DNA of 62,174 nt, filler included, from Diploschistes diacapsis (Eukaryota), in assembly GCA_023645945.1 (NCBI GenBank). It is 8 parts of 8 records of this genome, joined end to end, with 100 filler letters (N's around TTAATTAATTAA, not from the genome) between each part and the next. Parts side by side here need not be neighbours in the genome. Positions count along the whole stretch, not along the records: positions 47,344 to 52,221 come from JALAIB010001641.1; positions 52,322 to 57,198 come from JALAIB010001642.1; positions 57,299 to 62,174 come from JALAIB010001643.1; 5 more parts are not named here. The stretch is one strand, 5' to 3'. Position 1 is the stretch's first letter. Every line of letters begins with the position of its first letter. Below, one piece after another: positions 47,344-58,654 of this stretch. The translations under genes were made by a program, and so were the position numbers. The notes beneath the pieces are model-generated. The model did not search any database. It saw nothing but the letters and a program-made list of their open reading frames with translations, and was not told the origin of the DNA.

Positions 47344-50300
47344 ATCTTCCTCAACGGCACCCTCGCCCGCAGCCTCGCCCGCACCCCCCTCGCCCATCCT
47401 GGCCCTCCTCTGACTCAACCTCTGACTCTGGCTCCGGCTCTGGCTCTCGGTCTGCGTATCTCGAAACACCCGATTGCCACCTACGTCCACGTCCCACCCG
47501 GCCTCCGCTGCACGGCGGCTCAGATGCTCCTCGACGCGCGACGTGCCGATGACCTCGGAGTTCTCGTGCGTGTACTCGACGCCGGCGCCGGCCAGGATGG
47601 CCTGCACGGGGTCCGACCGCGTCGCGAGCTTGCGCCGCCTGCCTGCTTTTCTCCCACCGGCGCTGTTCGTCGTTGTTGCTGCTTGGCTGAAGTCCGAGTG
47701 CTGCGAGTCGGCTTCGCCGCTCTCGATCAGCGCCGCGAGCTGCGACATAGCGCTGTCCTCTCGTTCCTCGGCGGCGGCGGCGGTGGCTGCAACAAGCGGA
47801 TCCTCGTTACCGGTACTGTTCTCCGCGCTGCCGCCCGCCCCCACCCCCGTCGCGTCCAGCTCGACGTCCAGCACGCGCACGCCGGCCCGCGACTCCGCGA
47901 CGTTCGTCTTGTTGACGATGTCGCGCAGCACGAGCTGCTCGCCCGCGTAGCCGAACAGATTCGCCAGCCCGAAGATTTCGCCCTTCTGGTGGCTGGAGGC
48001 CTGCACGCCCTTGAAGTAACGCCGCTCGCTGCTGGCCGTGTAGCCGATGTTGGCCTGCTGCTGCTTGTAGATCTGACGCGCGTACACGATCTCCTCGATT
48101 GTGCCGGAGGACACGAGGCGGAAGACTTCGACGTCGCGCGACTGCCCAATGCGGTAGGCGCGGTCTTGGGCTTGCAGGTCGTAGGACGGGTTCCAGTTTG
48201 GGTCGGTTATTACGACTTTGTTGGCGGAGGTTATGTTGAGGCCTGGGCGAGGTTAGTTGCTTCCTGGCTTCCTTTTATGTTGGGGGATCGTGGAGATTAT
48301 GGGTATGGGTGTGAGGCTTGTGTGGACTTACCGACGCCGCCGGCTTTGGTGGAAAGGAGGAAGACGAATTGCGTGGGGTCGGTGTTGAAATTGTTGACTT
48401 CCTTGGCGCGGTCTTCGTAGGGCATGCTGCCATCTAGGAAGGAGACGTTGTAATCCGTGTTGTGGAAGAGGACGCGAAGCATCTCCAGGAGGCGAACCGA
48501 GTGCGAAAAGACCAATACTTTATCGCCATTATCGTGCCAAAACTTGAGGAGCTTTCTTAGGACTTTCCACTTGCCGCAGAATTCCATGTTAGCGAAGTTC
48601 TCTAGTGCGCCCCTGGATCGATAGAGCTCCCGCCATTTGTCAGGAAGTACGGTTTGAAGCATCTCAAGGTCCTTTTGCTGCTTCTCCTGTGGATCCTTTC
48701 CGCGTGGTATGAGTATAGCAAGATGGTTGGCGAGTTTCTGCAAAGTTTGTATAGCAGGGAAAACGTTCCTCTGCCACTTATCACCATTGGGTAGAAACAT
48801 TTTGCAGCACCACCCCGACTTCTTGCCGGAACCGCACCCGCAGTCGTCACTAGAGGTTTTGATGTAATCGATCATGTCACTCTCCAGAAAAGTTTCATAG
48901 GCTAGAGCTTGTGTCTTCGTCAGCGGACAAAACACCACTCTGTCTGTCTTTTTGGGCAACTGAGAGGCGATCAACGTCTTCATCCTGCGTAGAAAGAACT
49001 GCGGCAAAAGGTTCTCCACAAGAGCTCTCGCTGTCGTTCGAGCTTTTCCCAGTTGATATTGTGTTGCTTCGTGCGACTGGCCGACTTTCAAGGGCTCACT
49101 AATCGTTTGGTGCCATACGGAAATGGGGCCAACCTTTCCAGGGTTTGTCCAATTTAACAATGTCTGAATGAAGTTTCAGCAATATTTTCCACGGCAGTGC
49201 TTGAGCTTCCGCCCTACCCATAGCTCGTCGTAGGAGTTTTGTATGGCAGTACCAGTGAGCCCAATCCTACACAGAGCATTGATCTCGTTCATAGCTCTCG
49301 TTGTTTCCGAAAAGCGTCCTTTAATAATATGACATTCGTCTGCAATTACAGCATCCCACTCGACCATGTTAATGGCATCCTTATTAGCTCGGTACGTAGT
49401 GTAGGTGGTGATCAAGATCTCCGAATTGCCAGAAGCGGCAGTTTCAAGAGCTTCTGTCTTGTGCGTCCCATGAAAAGAGTCGACGTGCCACCAACCCCAG
49501 CGCTCAAATTCGGACCTCCAGTTCTCTATTAGTGTGCCAGGGCATACGATCAAAACTCGAGGGTACTCCTTCTGAGACCTACGCATCTTTCGCATGCGTC
49601 TACTGTCTCTTTCATCTCCAGTCTTGCCAAACGCTGCTGTCAGAAATGCAATGACCTGAATTGTCTTACCGAGACCTTTTTCTCTTTAGCATGCTTCGAG
49701 TGGTTCCGGAAGGTTCCTAGCCCAACACAACTTACCCATGTCATCGCCAAGTATCCCGCCTTGCTGGTAGACGAAGAGTTTATGCAGAAATGCCGCCCCC
49801 TGCACTTGATAGTCACGTAGCCATTGTGCAATGGGTGCCGGTATTAAACCTAGTGAGGCGTAGAGCTCCTTGTCCTTGTACTCAGCATTGGGCTTAATAT
49901 TTATGAAATTAGGTCGCTCCTGTAGGTCCTCAAGCCGCTCGTCATCTGAAAAGTCGATGTTGTCGTAGTCTGGTGGTAGTTTGAGACCTCCTTCCCTTAG
50001 GATTTTTGTACGCTTGTCGAAAGTGGTCCTCCGAGCTTCAATATACTCAGGGACTTCAACGTCATTTTCCTCTGGAGATTGTTCATCTTCGGTGACCTTC
50101 TGAGGCTCGACAACGATGCCATCATCAGTGCGCTTGAGGCGTTTCTGCTTAGAGCCCTCGGCCTTTGCCTCTTTGGGTTTGCGCCCAGGGCGCTTCCTCT
50201 TCAACGACTTTGATTTCTTTATAGCCGGTTGAAATTCAAACTCATCTTCGGTCCACTCTACCTTGATAACATGTTCTTGACTATGGTCTATTCCGGCTTC

Positions 50301-50477
50301 TATGCGTAGCTCGTTTCCGTGTAGAGCGGCTTTCTTCTTTGGCTGATGCTTGTGAGCTTGCCTCTTGTCAACAGGGTTTGACCCATCAGTCCGGCTTGGT
50401 TTATCTGCCAAGTATTTCTTCGTAACTTTGACTATCTCTAGGTCGTCAGAATCTGCCGTGGTCGACCCATCGTCCAT
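47344..50477 (-). CDS. SNF2-family helicase ERCC6L2/Rad26-like with VIGSSK domain; multi-exon, 3'-truncated
   Basis: LRDYQ..G..FL, GGILGDDMG|LGKT, IADECH, GLTGTAIQN, FFLRRMK, DKVLVFSHS, LLSTKAGGVG, GTIEEIVYARQIYKQQ, YTHENSEVIGTSRVE. Confidence 0.88.
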
Positions 50478-50620
50478 CTTACGCAGCTCGAGAAGCTGTA
50501 GTCCTGATAGCTAATAAGAAAGTCTGGGAAAAAGCAGAGATTAGTCATCCAAATCACTATTGGCGGAGCTCTCCAGAAAAGCTTCAGCTCTAATCTCGCC
50601 AACGTCCAATCGCTCGCGAT

Positions 50621-52221
50621 ATGACCAGCGTTGACGAGCTTTTTAAGGTAGTTTAAAAACCGTTCTTCAGTCCTTGTTCTAAGCTTATAGGATACAGCGG
50701 CCGGCCATTCCGAGCCAAAAGCGGAAGTTCGAAGCACCGAAAGACCCGAACGAGCTCTACAAGTCCGTCAAGCTCAGTCAAAATGGCGACATTAGAACCA
50801 GCCTGCCAGCGACTACCGCCGACGAAGAAGAAGATGACGATACAGCTGCAGGCCCGGAGCTGCCGCCTGACCTCGAGGACCCCGGTTCCGACGAAGAAGG
50901 GCGCTTCTTCGGCGGCGGCGTTGACAAAGATACGCGGCAAATGATGGACTTCGTCGACTTGCGTGACCAAGACGAGGGGGTGCAAAAAGCCGAGAAAATT
51001 GACGCTGGCTGGCTGCGGAAGACAGCGCTGAGCTTCGAGAAGAAAATCTCCAAGAACGCCGAGCTACGCGCCAAGTTCGAGGGCCAGCCCCAGAAATTCA
51101 TGGCTTCGGAGGCGGATCTGGACGAGAGCGTCAAGGCGCTGAGCATACTTTCCGAGCACCCAGAACTATACCCCGAATTTGCGCGGCTGGGGTGCCTGGC
51201 ATCCCTTGTATCTCTCTTGTCCCACGAGAACACCGACATAGCGATCGACGCCATGCAGATCATCGACGAACTAACCGACGAAGACGTCTCGGCCACCCAA
51301 GACCAATGGGAGACCCTCGTCTCCGCTCTCCTAGACGCAGACCTCCTCTCCATCCTCCACTCCAACCTCTCCCGCCTCAACGAAGGCCTCGAAAGCGACC
51401 GCACGGGCGTCTACCACACTCTCGGCATCCTCGAATCCCTCGCCTCGCATCCCTCGCACGCCGGCACCATCTCCACCCACCCATCCCTCCTCCCCTGGCT
51501 CCTCGCCCGCTCACTAGCCCCCGAAAAAACAACCAGCCAAAACAAGCAATACGCCGCCGAGATCCTCGCCATCCTCCTCCAATCCTCACCCGCAGCTTCC
51601 ATTCCCCGCTTCCTCTCCCTGTCCGGCCCAGACGCCTACCTCCAAGCCCTAGCCCCGTACCGCAAACGCGACCCCCCACGGGGGACGGAGGAGGAGGAAT
51701 TCGTCGAGAACCTCTTCGCGGGGCTGACCCTGTGCCTCTCGACCAGCGGCGGCAAAGCCGCCTTCCTGGAAGCCGAGGGCGTCGAGCTCTGCCTCATCAT
51801 GGTGCGCGCCGGCAAACTCGCGCGGCCCCGCGCGCTGCGGCTTCTGGACCACTGCCTGGGCGGCTCCGGCTCCGGCTCCGGCACGGGCAGTTCGGCCGCG
51901 GAAGGAGCCGCGACGGCAGCCTGCACGCGCCTCGTCGACGCCGCGGGCCTGAAGCCGCTCTTCGCCGCCTTCATGCACCGCGCGACGGACCGCGGCGCCA
52001 CAGAGCACATTCTCGGCATCCTGGCCAGCATGTTCCGGCGGCTGCCGCCGGAGTCGGCGCCGCGCATCCGGCTGCTGGGCAAGTTCGTGGAGAAGGGCTA
52101 CGAGAAGATCGCGCGGCTGGTGGCGGTGCGGCAGGAGGTTGCTGCGCGGGTGCGGCGGGCGGAGGGGGAGATTGAGGCCGAGCGGAAGGAATGGGAGAGG
52201 GAGAGGGAGAAGGGGAAGGAG
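50621..52221 (+). CDS. CTNNBL1: Beta-catenin-like protein 1 (Prp19/CDC5L complex); intron 50648-50697; 3'-truncated
   Basis: MTSVDELFK|RPAIPSQKRKFE..; NAELRAKFE..PQKFMASEADLD, LLSHENTDIA, NKQYAAEILAILLQ, YRKRDP..EEEEFVENLF, FLEAEGVEL, KFVEKGYEKI. Confidence 0.9.
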
Positions 52222-52321
52222 NNNNNNNNNNNNNNNNNNNNNNNNNNNNNNNNNNNNNNNNNNNNTTAATTAATTAANNNNNNNNNNNNNNNNNNNNNNN
52301 NNNNNNNNNNNNNNNNNNNNN
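52222..52321. other. Artificial contig linker
   Basis: N44-TTAATTAATTAA-N44. Confidence 0.99.
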
Positions 52322-52701
52322 GGGAAGGGCGGGGGAGGACGAGATTAGGGTGCACTTAACACTTTTTTCAATGAAAAAAGAGTACTTGAAGCCTAAATTT
52401 GTGGGTCTCGTTATCCAACTTGGCACTGCGTACCCGGCTTTTGCACGTCCGGAATATTTTGAAGCTCTTGGTAACCATTAAAGCTCTCCCTGGTGACATT
52501 TCCGCACCCCTGCCTAGCACATTCCGCAGAAAGGCTAGTTATATCAAGCTACATGCTCAGACATAACAACGGAGCCGGCTCCACGAAGCGTTTCGTGGCT
52601 CATGACCCAAAACAAAACCCTACAGTGCTCTGCTACAATCTCCCCGTACCTTTAAACATTCAAAACGCCGATCCAAAAGCTCCCTCAAAGCTCGCACTTT
52701 G

Positions 52702-55032
52702 TCACCGCTCATCGTCTTCTTTCTCATCGAGCACGGGCGCCGACGGAGCGGGTACACCATGGTTAGGAGCTGATGCGTGTGATAGCACTGCTGCAAAAGC
52801 ATCAGCACCCTGCCCCTCATCCGCACCGCCGCCGCCGTCATCGGGTGAGCTCACAAGCGCCAACAGGCGCCGGCGCTCGAGCTCCTGCTTATCTTCTCCC
52901 ATGCGTGCAGGTGCCTGTGCAGGGTCATCGACGGCGGAGGAAGTGATTCCTTTTCCTTGGGTTTCGCCTGCGCTATTTCGGGCATAAGCTGGCGCGGAGT
53001 CTCCATCCGCATCGTTGTTTTCCTCGCTGTTGCTGCTGTGTTGTAGAACATTCACGCGAGAGAGCATGGTGTTCATGCAATCACAATGCAGAGAGTTCAT
53101 CTGTAAGCTCTCCAGCATTGGCGCTGAAGGTTGGGGTTGTGACGACGTCAGACGGGAGGAGTCGTCTGGGGGCGCGCTGGGGAGGAGGCGTTGCTCGGCG
53201 AGCCTGATACGACCTTTTTCATCCGTGGGCTCTTCGATGTCGGGAGGGAGGATGAGGGGCGGGTGATGAGGAGGAGGTTGAGCGAGAGGTGGACTCCCAG
53301 CGAGCCCACTGCCGTGCGATGCGTCTGCGGGCGCGCTTGAGGCATCCTCGTTCTCTGCCGCATCTTCGCCGGTCTCGGTGGTTGACCGCCGGAAGTTCTC
53401 CTCGCCCGGCTGAGGTCGTCGAGCGTTGATGCGGCTGCTGTCCTTCGAACCAATCGTCACCTCAAAGGTGCAATCCGTTATGCTCTTTTCGCGCCGTATC
53501 TCGGTAGTGTCCATTAGGTGATACGTCTCAAGACTATACTGCGCTCCGTATCCTGCGAAGCTTGGTTTCGAGCCGAATGAGAAGCCAGGCGATTGGCTCG
53601 TCATTTTCATGCGAGGAAACAAGCGATCCTGATTGGCCAGTTTACCCGTCAAGTCCATTACCACTTCGACATGGTACGTGAAGTTGATCACGTCCCCAGG
53701 TATGCCCGATATGGTAGGAAATACATCTTCTGGGACACGGACAGCCGTCTTCACTTCGGCTTCCAAGGTTAGTGGGTTAACGATTAGCGGCGCAAACGCC
53801 TGAGCCAAATCCATGCGGAACAGATGATTGGAAGACGCTGCTAACGACAATCCACCCAGCCCAGTCCGGGATCGAGGAATGACGTCGTCTTGACGCGACT
53901 TCCTAGCAATGAACGACGAGCCTGCTGGAAAGATTGGGTGAGGATCGATGCGCGCCTTTCGGTAGAGGGTGAGAATCACCCCATGCATACTTTTGACGGG
54001 CCGGATATGCCGAATCGATATGCGAACGGGAACGAGGTCTCCCGCCAGGAAACCACCGTGTAGTAGCTCAATCGAAGCGGTGATCACGTTATTGCCGATT
54101 TTCGGACTAGTGATGCCACTCTCGCCCGGGCCTACGGGCCTCGAAGTCTGAGCAACCTGAAAGCTCAAGCTACTGCTGGGTCCACTAGCGATGCTTGCTT
54201 CGCTCGCAGGACTTGCGGGTGTTTCGTCGATGCTAACGTTTGCGTCAGAGCTCGAGTCCGAAGTCCGGCGACTGGTTACGACAGAATTCGTAGTAACCTC
54301 GTGTCCCTCGGCCACGCCTCGAACTGGGCGCTTCGGCCTTGGCCTCTTTGTCAAAGGCGTGAGCGTTATGACCCGAGGCTTTGGGACGTTTTGAAACGCA
54401 ATGTCGATCGATTCAATAAAAGTCAGCTTCCTCTCACAACTCAATGTAGGCGCTATGGTTGTGGGTCGGGTCAATGTTGCGACAAGCACATATGAGATGG
54501 TTCCGCGCTCGAACTGAGAAAAGTATCAGCTCTAAGATGTCTCGTCCCCGAGGGGGCCGGCACTCACGTCAAGACTACTAGGCAGGCGCGAAGAGGGAAA
54601 CTGAGACTCGAATGCAAACGAATATTGGCCAGGGTTCAACCGCCCATCGCCGCAGACCACCATTTCGTCTTCGAAAAACGAGACCAGACCATTGCCATGA
54701 TACTGTGCTCCTGTCCTGGACCTGCCCGGACTGGGCGTTTTAACTTCGGAAGGTACACCATCCCCAGGCACGGTTGGGTTCTTGTAGACTTTTACAAAGC
54801 CGTGGAGGCTCAATGTTATGTGCGTAATCCTAGCAGGCTTTTGGACGAGTAGATGAACGCTACCTTTGACAGCTTCTCCGACACTGTACTGTCTCGTGGG
54901 CTCGTCGAGGTGTATAAAGAAGTCGTCAACATTGAAGAGGGGCTTCGAAGTGATGGAAGACGCAATACGTATCAGGATGGCGCGTGAACGCGAGCCAGTA
55001 GTCGTCGAAACAGCATGTGAGGAAGTATTCAT
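52702..55032 (-). CDS. palF: pH-response arrestin PalF/Rim8; intron 54567-54514
   Basis: FFIHLDEP..Y..G..VKGSV, LPSSLD|FERGTISY.L.ATLTRPTT, KSMHGVILTLYR..RID, DYIPRSRTGLGGLSL-like block, EDKQELERRRL, multiple SAP/SxP motifs. Confidence 0.9.
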
Positions 55033-55489
55033 GAGTCGTTACGCGTAATCATTTAGTAGGTATCGGTGACGGTATTGTGTATGTAGCGATAGGAAGAAGG
55101 TCATGACATATAGGTTGCTTTAGCAGGGCAGTGCGCCTTGCACTCGGCGGCAGTGCTGCAGTTGCCGTGCTTTCAACACGGAGTTGTGAGAGACCTGTCG
55201 AGGCCCCCCGATTAGCATGATTCCCGGAGCACCGACAAGCGAGTGCAGTCCGTATACGCACGGGCAGTCGCTGGCGGAGCGGAGGGAAAGGTGGGGCGAA
55301 AGCTAGGTCTAGACATGGCCCCGAGGTTTCTCTGGCAAGGAATGAACCTATCGAGTGCTGCTGCAATAGATGAGGTTGCAGCAAGAGACAAAGCAGCAAA
55401 TGACGATGCTGTAGAGTTCACCCCGCAGAAACAACAGAAGGGTAAGGTGCAATACAGGCCACGTACCTGAGGCTCAGGCTCTGTGCGTT

Positions 55490-55520
55490 GCCAAGTCCAG
55501 GAGCCAAGTTTCAAGCCAAG
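55490..55520. promoter_or_regulatory. Three tandem PacC/Rim101 consensus sites (GCCAAG) upstream of palF
   Basis: GCCAAG at 55490-95, 55503-08, 55515-20; further GCCARG on the opposite strand at 55715-20 and 55932-37. Confidence 0.65.
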
Positions 55521-56437
55521 AAGGATGATAAGATCCGACGGCAGATCAACCTCCTAGCAAATAAGAATCCCGTCTTTCTTTTTATTCTGTGTATGTATGT
55601 CGTACAAAGGGCGGTCCCGTTTGTCACTTGTTCTCAGTAGGATGTTTTGATGATCATTACCCTTATCGTTTGTGGATTCACCAGATAATGCTCGAGTCAA
55701 CAGTTGAGACTTTGCTTGGCAACAGTTGCCCACGGAGTGGTTTGGGATGCCGGCCGACTCCACCCGAGAAAGCAGAAACGCCTGTTGAACAGTGCTGACG
55801 GCTGAAGAAAAAGGGAGACCTAATGATATAGAGACTTGAACGTTGTAATAGATGGTGGGAATAACCAGTTGGCTGGCCTGATCGCCCCCTCTACTTGTGC
55901 GCTTTGAGTGTTTCCATCTCTCCAGCTCACACCTGGCTGCCAGCTGCTTTTTTTAGCAGAATCATCCCGCAGGTCCGCCATCAGAGAAATTACATTCCTA
56001 CCCTCCCTTCGGGACATGCTAGTGTGAAACATTTGTGTGTGGATGGATTTTCAATAATGTGATTATGGTGAGCTGAACAGTGTTTAGGTATAATTTATAG
56101 TGATCTTCATCTCTGCTATAAGAACATTTTTATACATCTTAAATCTTGAAATCCTTATTCTTGAAACGATTTAAACGGTTTAAATCCCGTTATTTAAATA
56201 CTTTATATTCGTTTTAGTCGTCCCATTTTTATAGTCCCAGCCGATAATTATGCGCCATAGTTCCATGGTATGGCTCGGCATCCTATTGTGTACAGCTGCT
56301 CGAAAGCGCTCGTTTGAAGTGTCATTTGGGTGCGGTACTGGGTACAGTACCAATGTTGGTGTTTTACAATGAGAGTTACAGTAATGCGGCCTGGAGCTGC
56401 CATGATTCATGATTAAAATAAAAGACATTATAAATTT

Positions 56438-56505
56438 GAATCAATAGTCGAATGATGAAGACAATTGCTGGCAGAAGGTCGTGGGTTCGATTTTCACTGC
56501 TGCCA
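56438..56505 (+). other. Degenerate tRNA-derived sequence (pseudo-tRNA or SINE head)
   Basis: A-box-like TAGTCGAATGATGAAGAC (56445) and T-arm GGTCGTGGGTTCGATTTTCAC followed by TGCTGCCA. No intact anticodon arm or acceptor stem. Confidence 0.4.
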
Positions 56506-57198
56506 CCCATTCTGGGCTTGGCAACCTGGCCGAATCTTAAGACAGTTAATCCCTTTTTGACATCAGATCTTTAATGAATAAGATTTTCAGATGAAAAAAG
56601 CTTCAGTCGTGTTGAGCAGGCAGGCAGAAGGCATGGCTGTGAGCTTGACTGAACTCCAGGTTTAGGTTCAGTTCGGCTGAACCTGCTGGAGTTCTGACTA
56701 GACCGAATCGGGAGTCGTATAGGCAGTAGGGCTTAGCGGATCCCGTAGGGATAAAAGTCTGCAAAGTAGGATAGCTTGCTTCCTAGACAAGACCTCTAGA
56801 CTTTCAATACATCCATTGCGTTGTCAAACAAGTCGCACAGTTTAGGTCGTAAGTAGAAAGAATATTTATATAAAAAAAATCATGTGGTGTGGCTTGGCTG
56901 GTGTGGCTTATGTTTGAAGTACCATTCGGGAATAATGGGGAAGCAAAATCCCAGGTCTTTTTCCCGCCATGTATGCCTCGCTTGTCTGCACACTCCCCTT
57001 TTTCGCCAAAGCCTTCTCCATGCGCAAAGCTTATGTATCTTACCCTCACCAGTATAGAGTCCATCCTACCTCCCCTCGTGTCCCATCGCCACTTTATCAA
57101 ACTCACCACTCTTTCAACCCCTCTCCCTCAACGTACTCACCACCATAACACTCCCTCCTCAAACCCTCCACTCCCTCCCTATCCACCCCCATCTCGTC

Positions 57199-57298
57199 NN
57201 NNNNNNNNNNNNNNNNNNNNNNNNNNNNNNNNNNNNNNNNNNTTAATTAATTAANNNNNNNNNNNNNNNNNNNNNNNNNNNNNNNNNNNNNNNNNNNN
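57199..57298. other. Artificial contig linker
   Basis: N44-TTAATTAATTAA-N44. Confidence 0.99.
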
Positions 57299-57632
57299 CA
57301 TCTATTCCTACGGCTTTTAGTAAGATACGCAGTTTGGGAACACAGGGCTGATGAGCTGGAGTGCTCCTGATCCCCTTTGCCTATCATAATATGAAGCGAA
57401 CGATGACTCCACTTGCTTTCGATTGTTCAGACTTTTGAGCCTAAGAATAATGCTCATAAAATCGCTCTTTACTCAGTTGACGGATCTAGGGACAAATTTC
57501 TGGGCCTGCCTCTATTGATCATACAGTATGTTGTAAAGCAGTATCGACAAATAAGGAACTGGCTTCAACCGGATACAGCTCAAGACTCAAGCGGTAGGAG
57601 CAAGCCCACTTAAGCAATGACTCGTCTCCATT

Positions 57633-58654
57633 TCAGGCTTTCGCCACCATCTCGAGCACCTGGTTGATATTACCCTCCAGCTCTGCGCCTGCTGCTCTGT
57701 CCAGCGCAACCAAAAAGGCCCTCCTCTTCCGCACCTCAATATCCTTCTCTTCCGCCACGCCCTTCTCTACGCTCTCCCAACACTCTTCGACCAACTTACT
57801 CATCTCCTCCGGGTCCCGTGGCAAGCCCAGCCCGCCCAGCGCCTTTTCCGTTCTTTTGTCAACATACGGATAGCACTCCGGCCATAGCCACTGGACACGC
57901 CGAAAGAAGATACTCATCCCCGTCTTACCAATACCCTTCATATTGTTCGTCATCAGATCGCTTTCCTCATCCATGTCCTGCTGCGCGGCCTCTCGCACAC
58001 CCTCAAGGCCCGCGTCCTCGGCATTGCCGTTTGAGAACTCCTCGGTCACTGTATCGGCAATAACCCTAGCTGCGTGGCCGTCTTGTCTTTGTGCTGCGTC
58101 CGCGCGTCCTGCAGGGCCTGCAGCCGCTTGTCGAAGCCGGCTCCTTGCAGGGCCTTGGGGGCAGTAAGATTGTAGGGGTCATTGAAGATAGTGCGTATCG
58201 AGCGCACGCCGAGCGCATGCGAGATGGGGCGAGAAAGTATTGCCGCGCTGACGAGTTCCTCGAAGGGCGTAAACTCGCTCGTGGAGTAGGTCTTAAGCTT
58301 GGAGCGATCTTTGCTTTTGAGTTCCTTGATCTCGTCATATGGCCGGCACAGGTCAATGGCCTCGGGAGAGAGGAGGAACTTAAGGATTTGGGCTGGCTCA
58401 GGCTTTGTAGCACCGCGAGCGGGACCGTCTTTGCGATTTGGTAGTGTCTTCTTGGGACTCGGCTGGTTGCTTCCGCTTCTTGGAGGCCGAGGACGGCGTG
58501 CTGTTGCTTTTAGGCTCTTTGCTCGTTAGGCTGCTTCAGCTCCGTTCTTTTCTAGCTTTGACGTCGATTCCTCATCCGGTGACTGATCCTTCGAGTTCTT
58601 CCGCTCTTGAGGCGCGTCCTTCTGGATCTTTGGATGCGCTTTTCTGGGCGGCAT
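57633..58654 (-). pseudogene. Conserved fungal hypothetical protein (HhH-like, PFEEL..A.ILSRPISH.LG.R..ARTQHK.KTA..KGIGKTG..IF.RRVQ) disrupted by a premature TAA and frameshifts
   Basis: ATG at 58654, in-frame TAA at 58528-26, and frame changes near 58421-23 and 58064-66 are needed to join the conserved blocks. Confidence 0.55.

Noticed and set aside
393..52221. Apparent clustering of splicing and nuclear-body genes (SYF1, CTNNBL1, coilin-like)
   Set aside because: They lie on different contigs joined artificially, so there is no linkage evidence.
4899..57298. Recurring TTAATTAATTAA flanked by Ns as a biological repeat or CRISPR-like array
   Set aside because: Fixed 44+12+44 layout with six-frame stops; an assembly concatenation linker.
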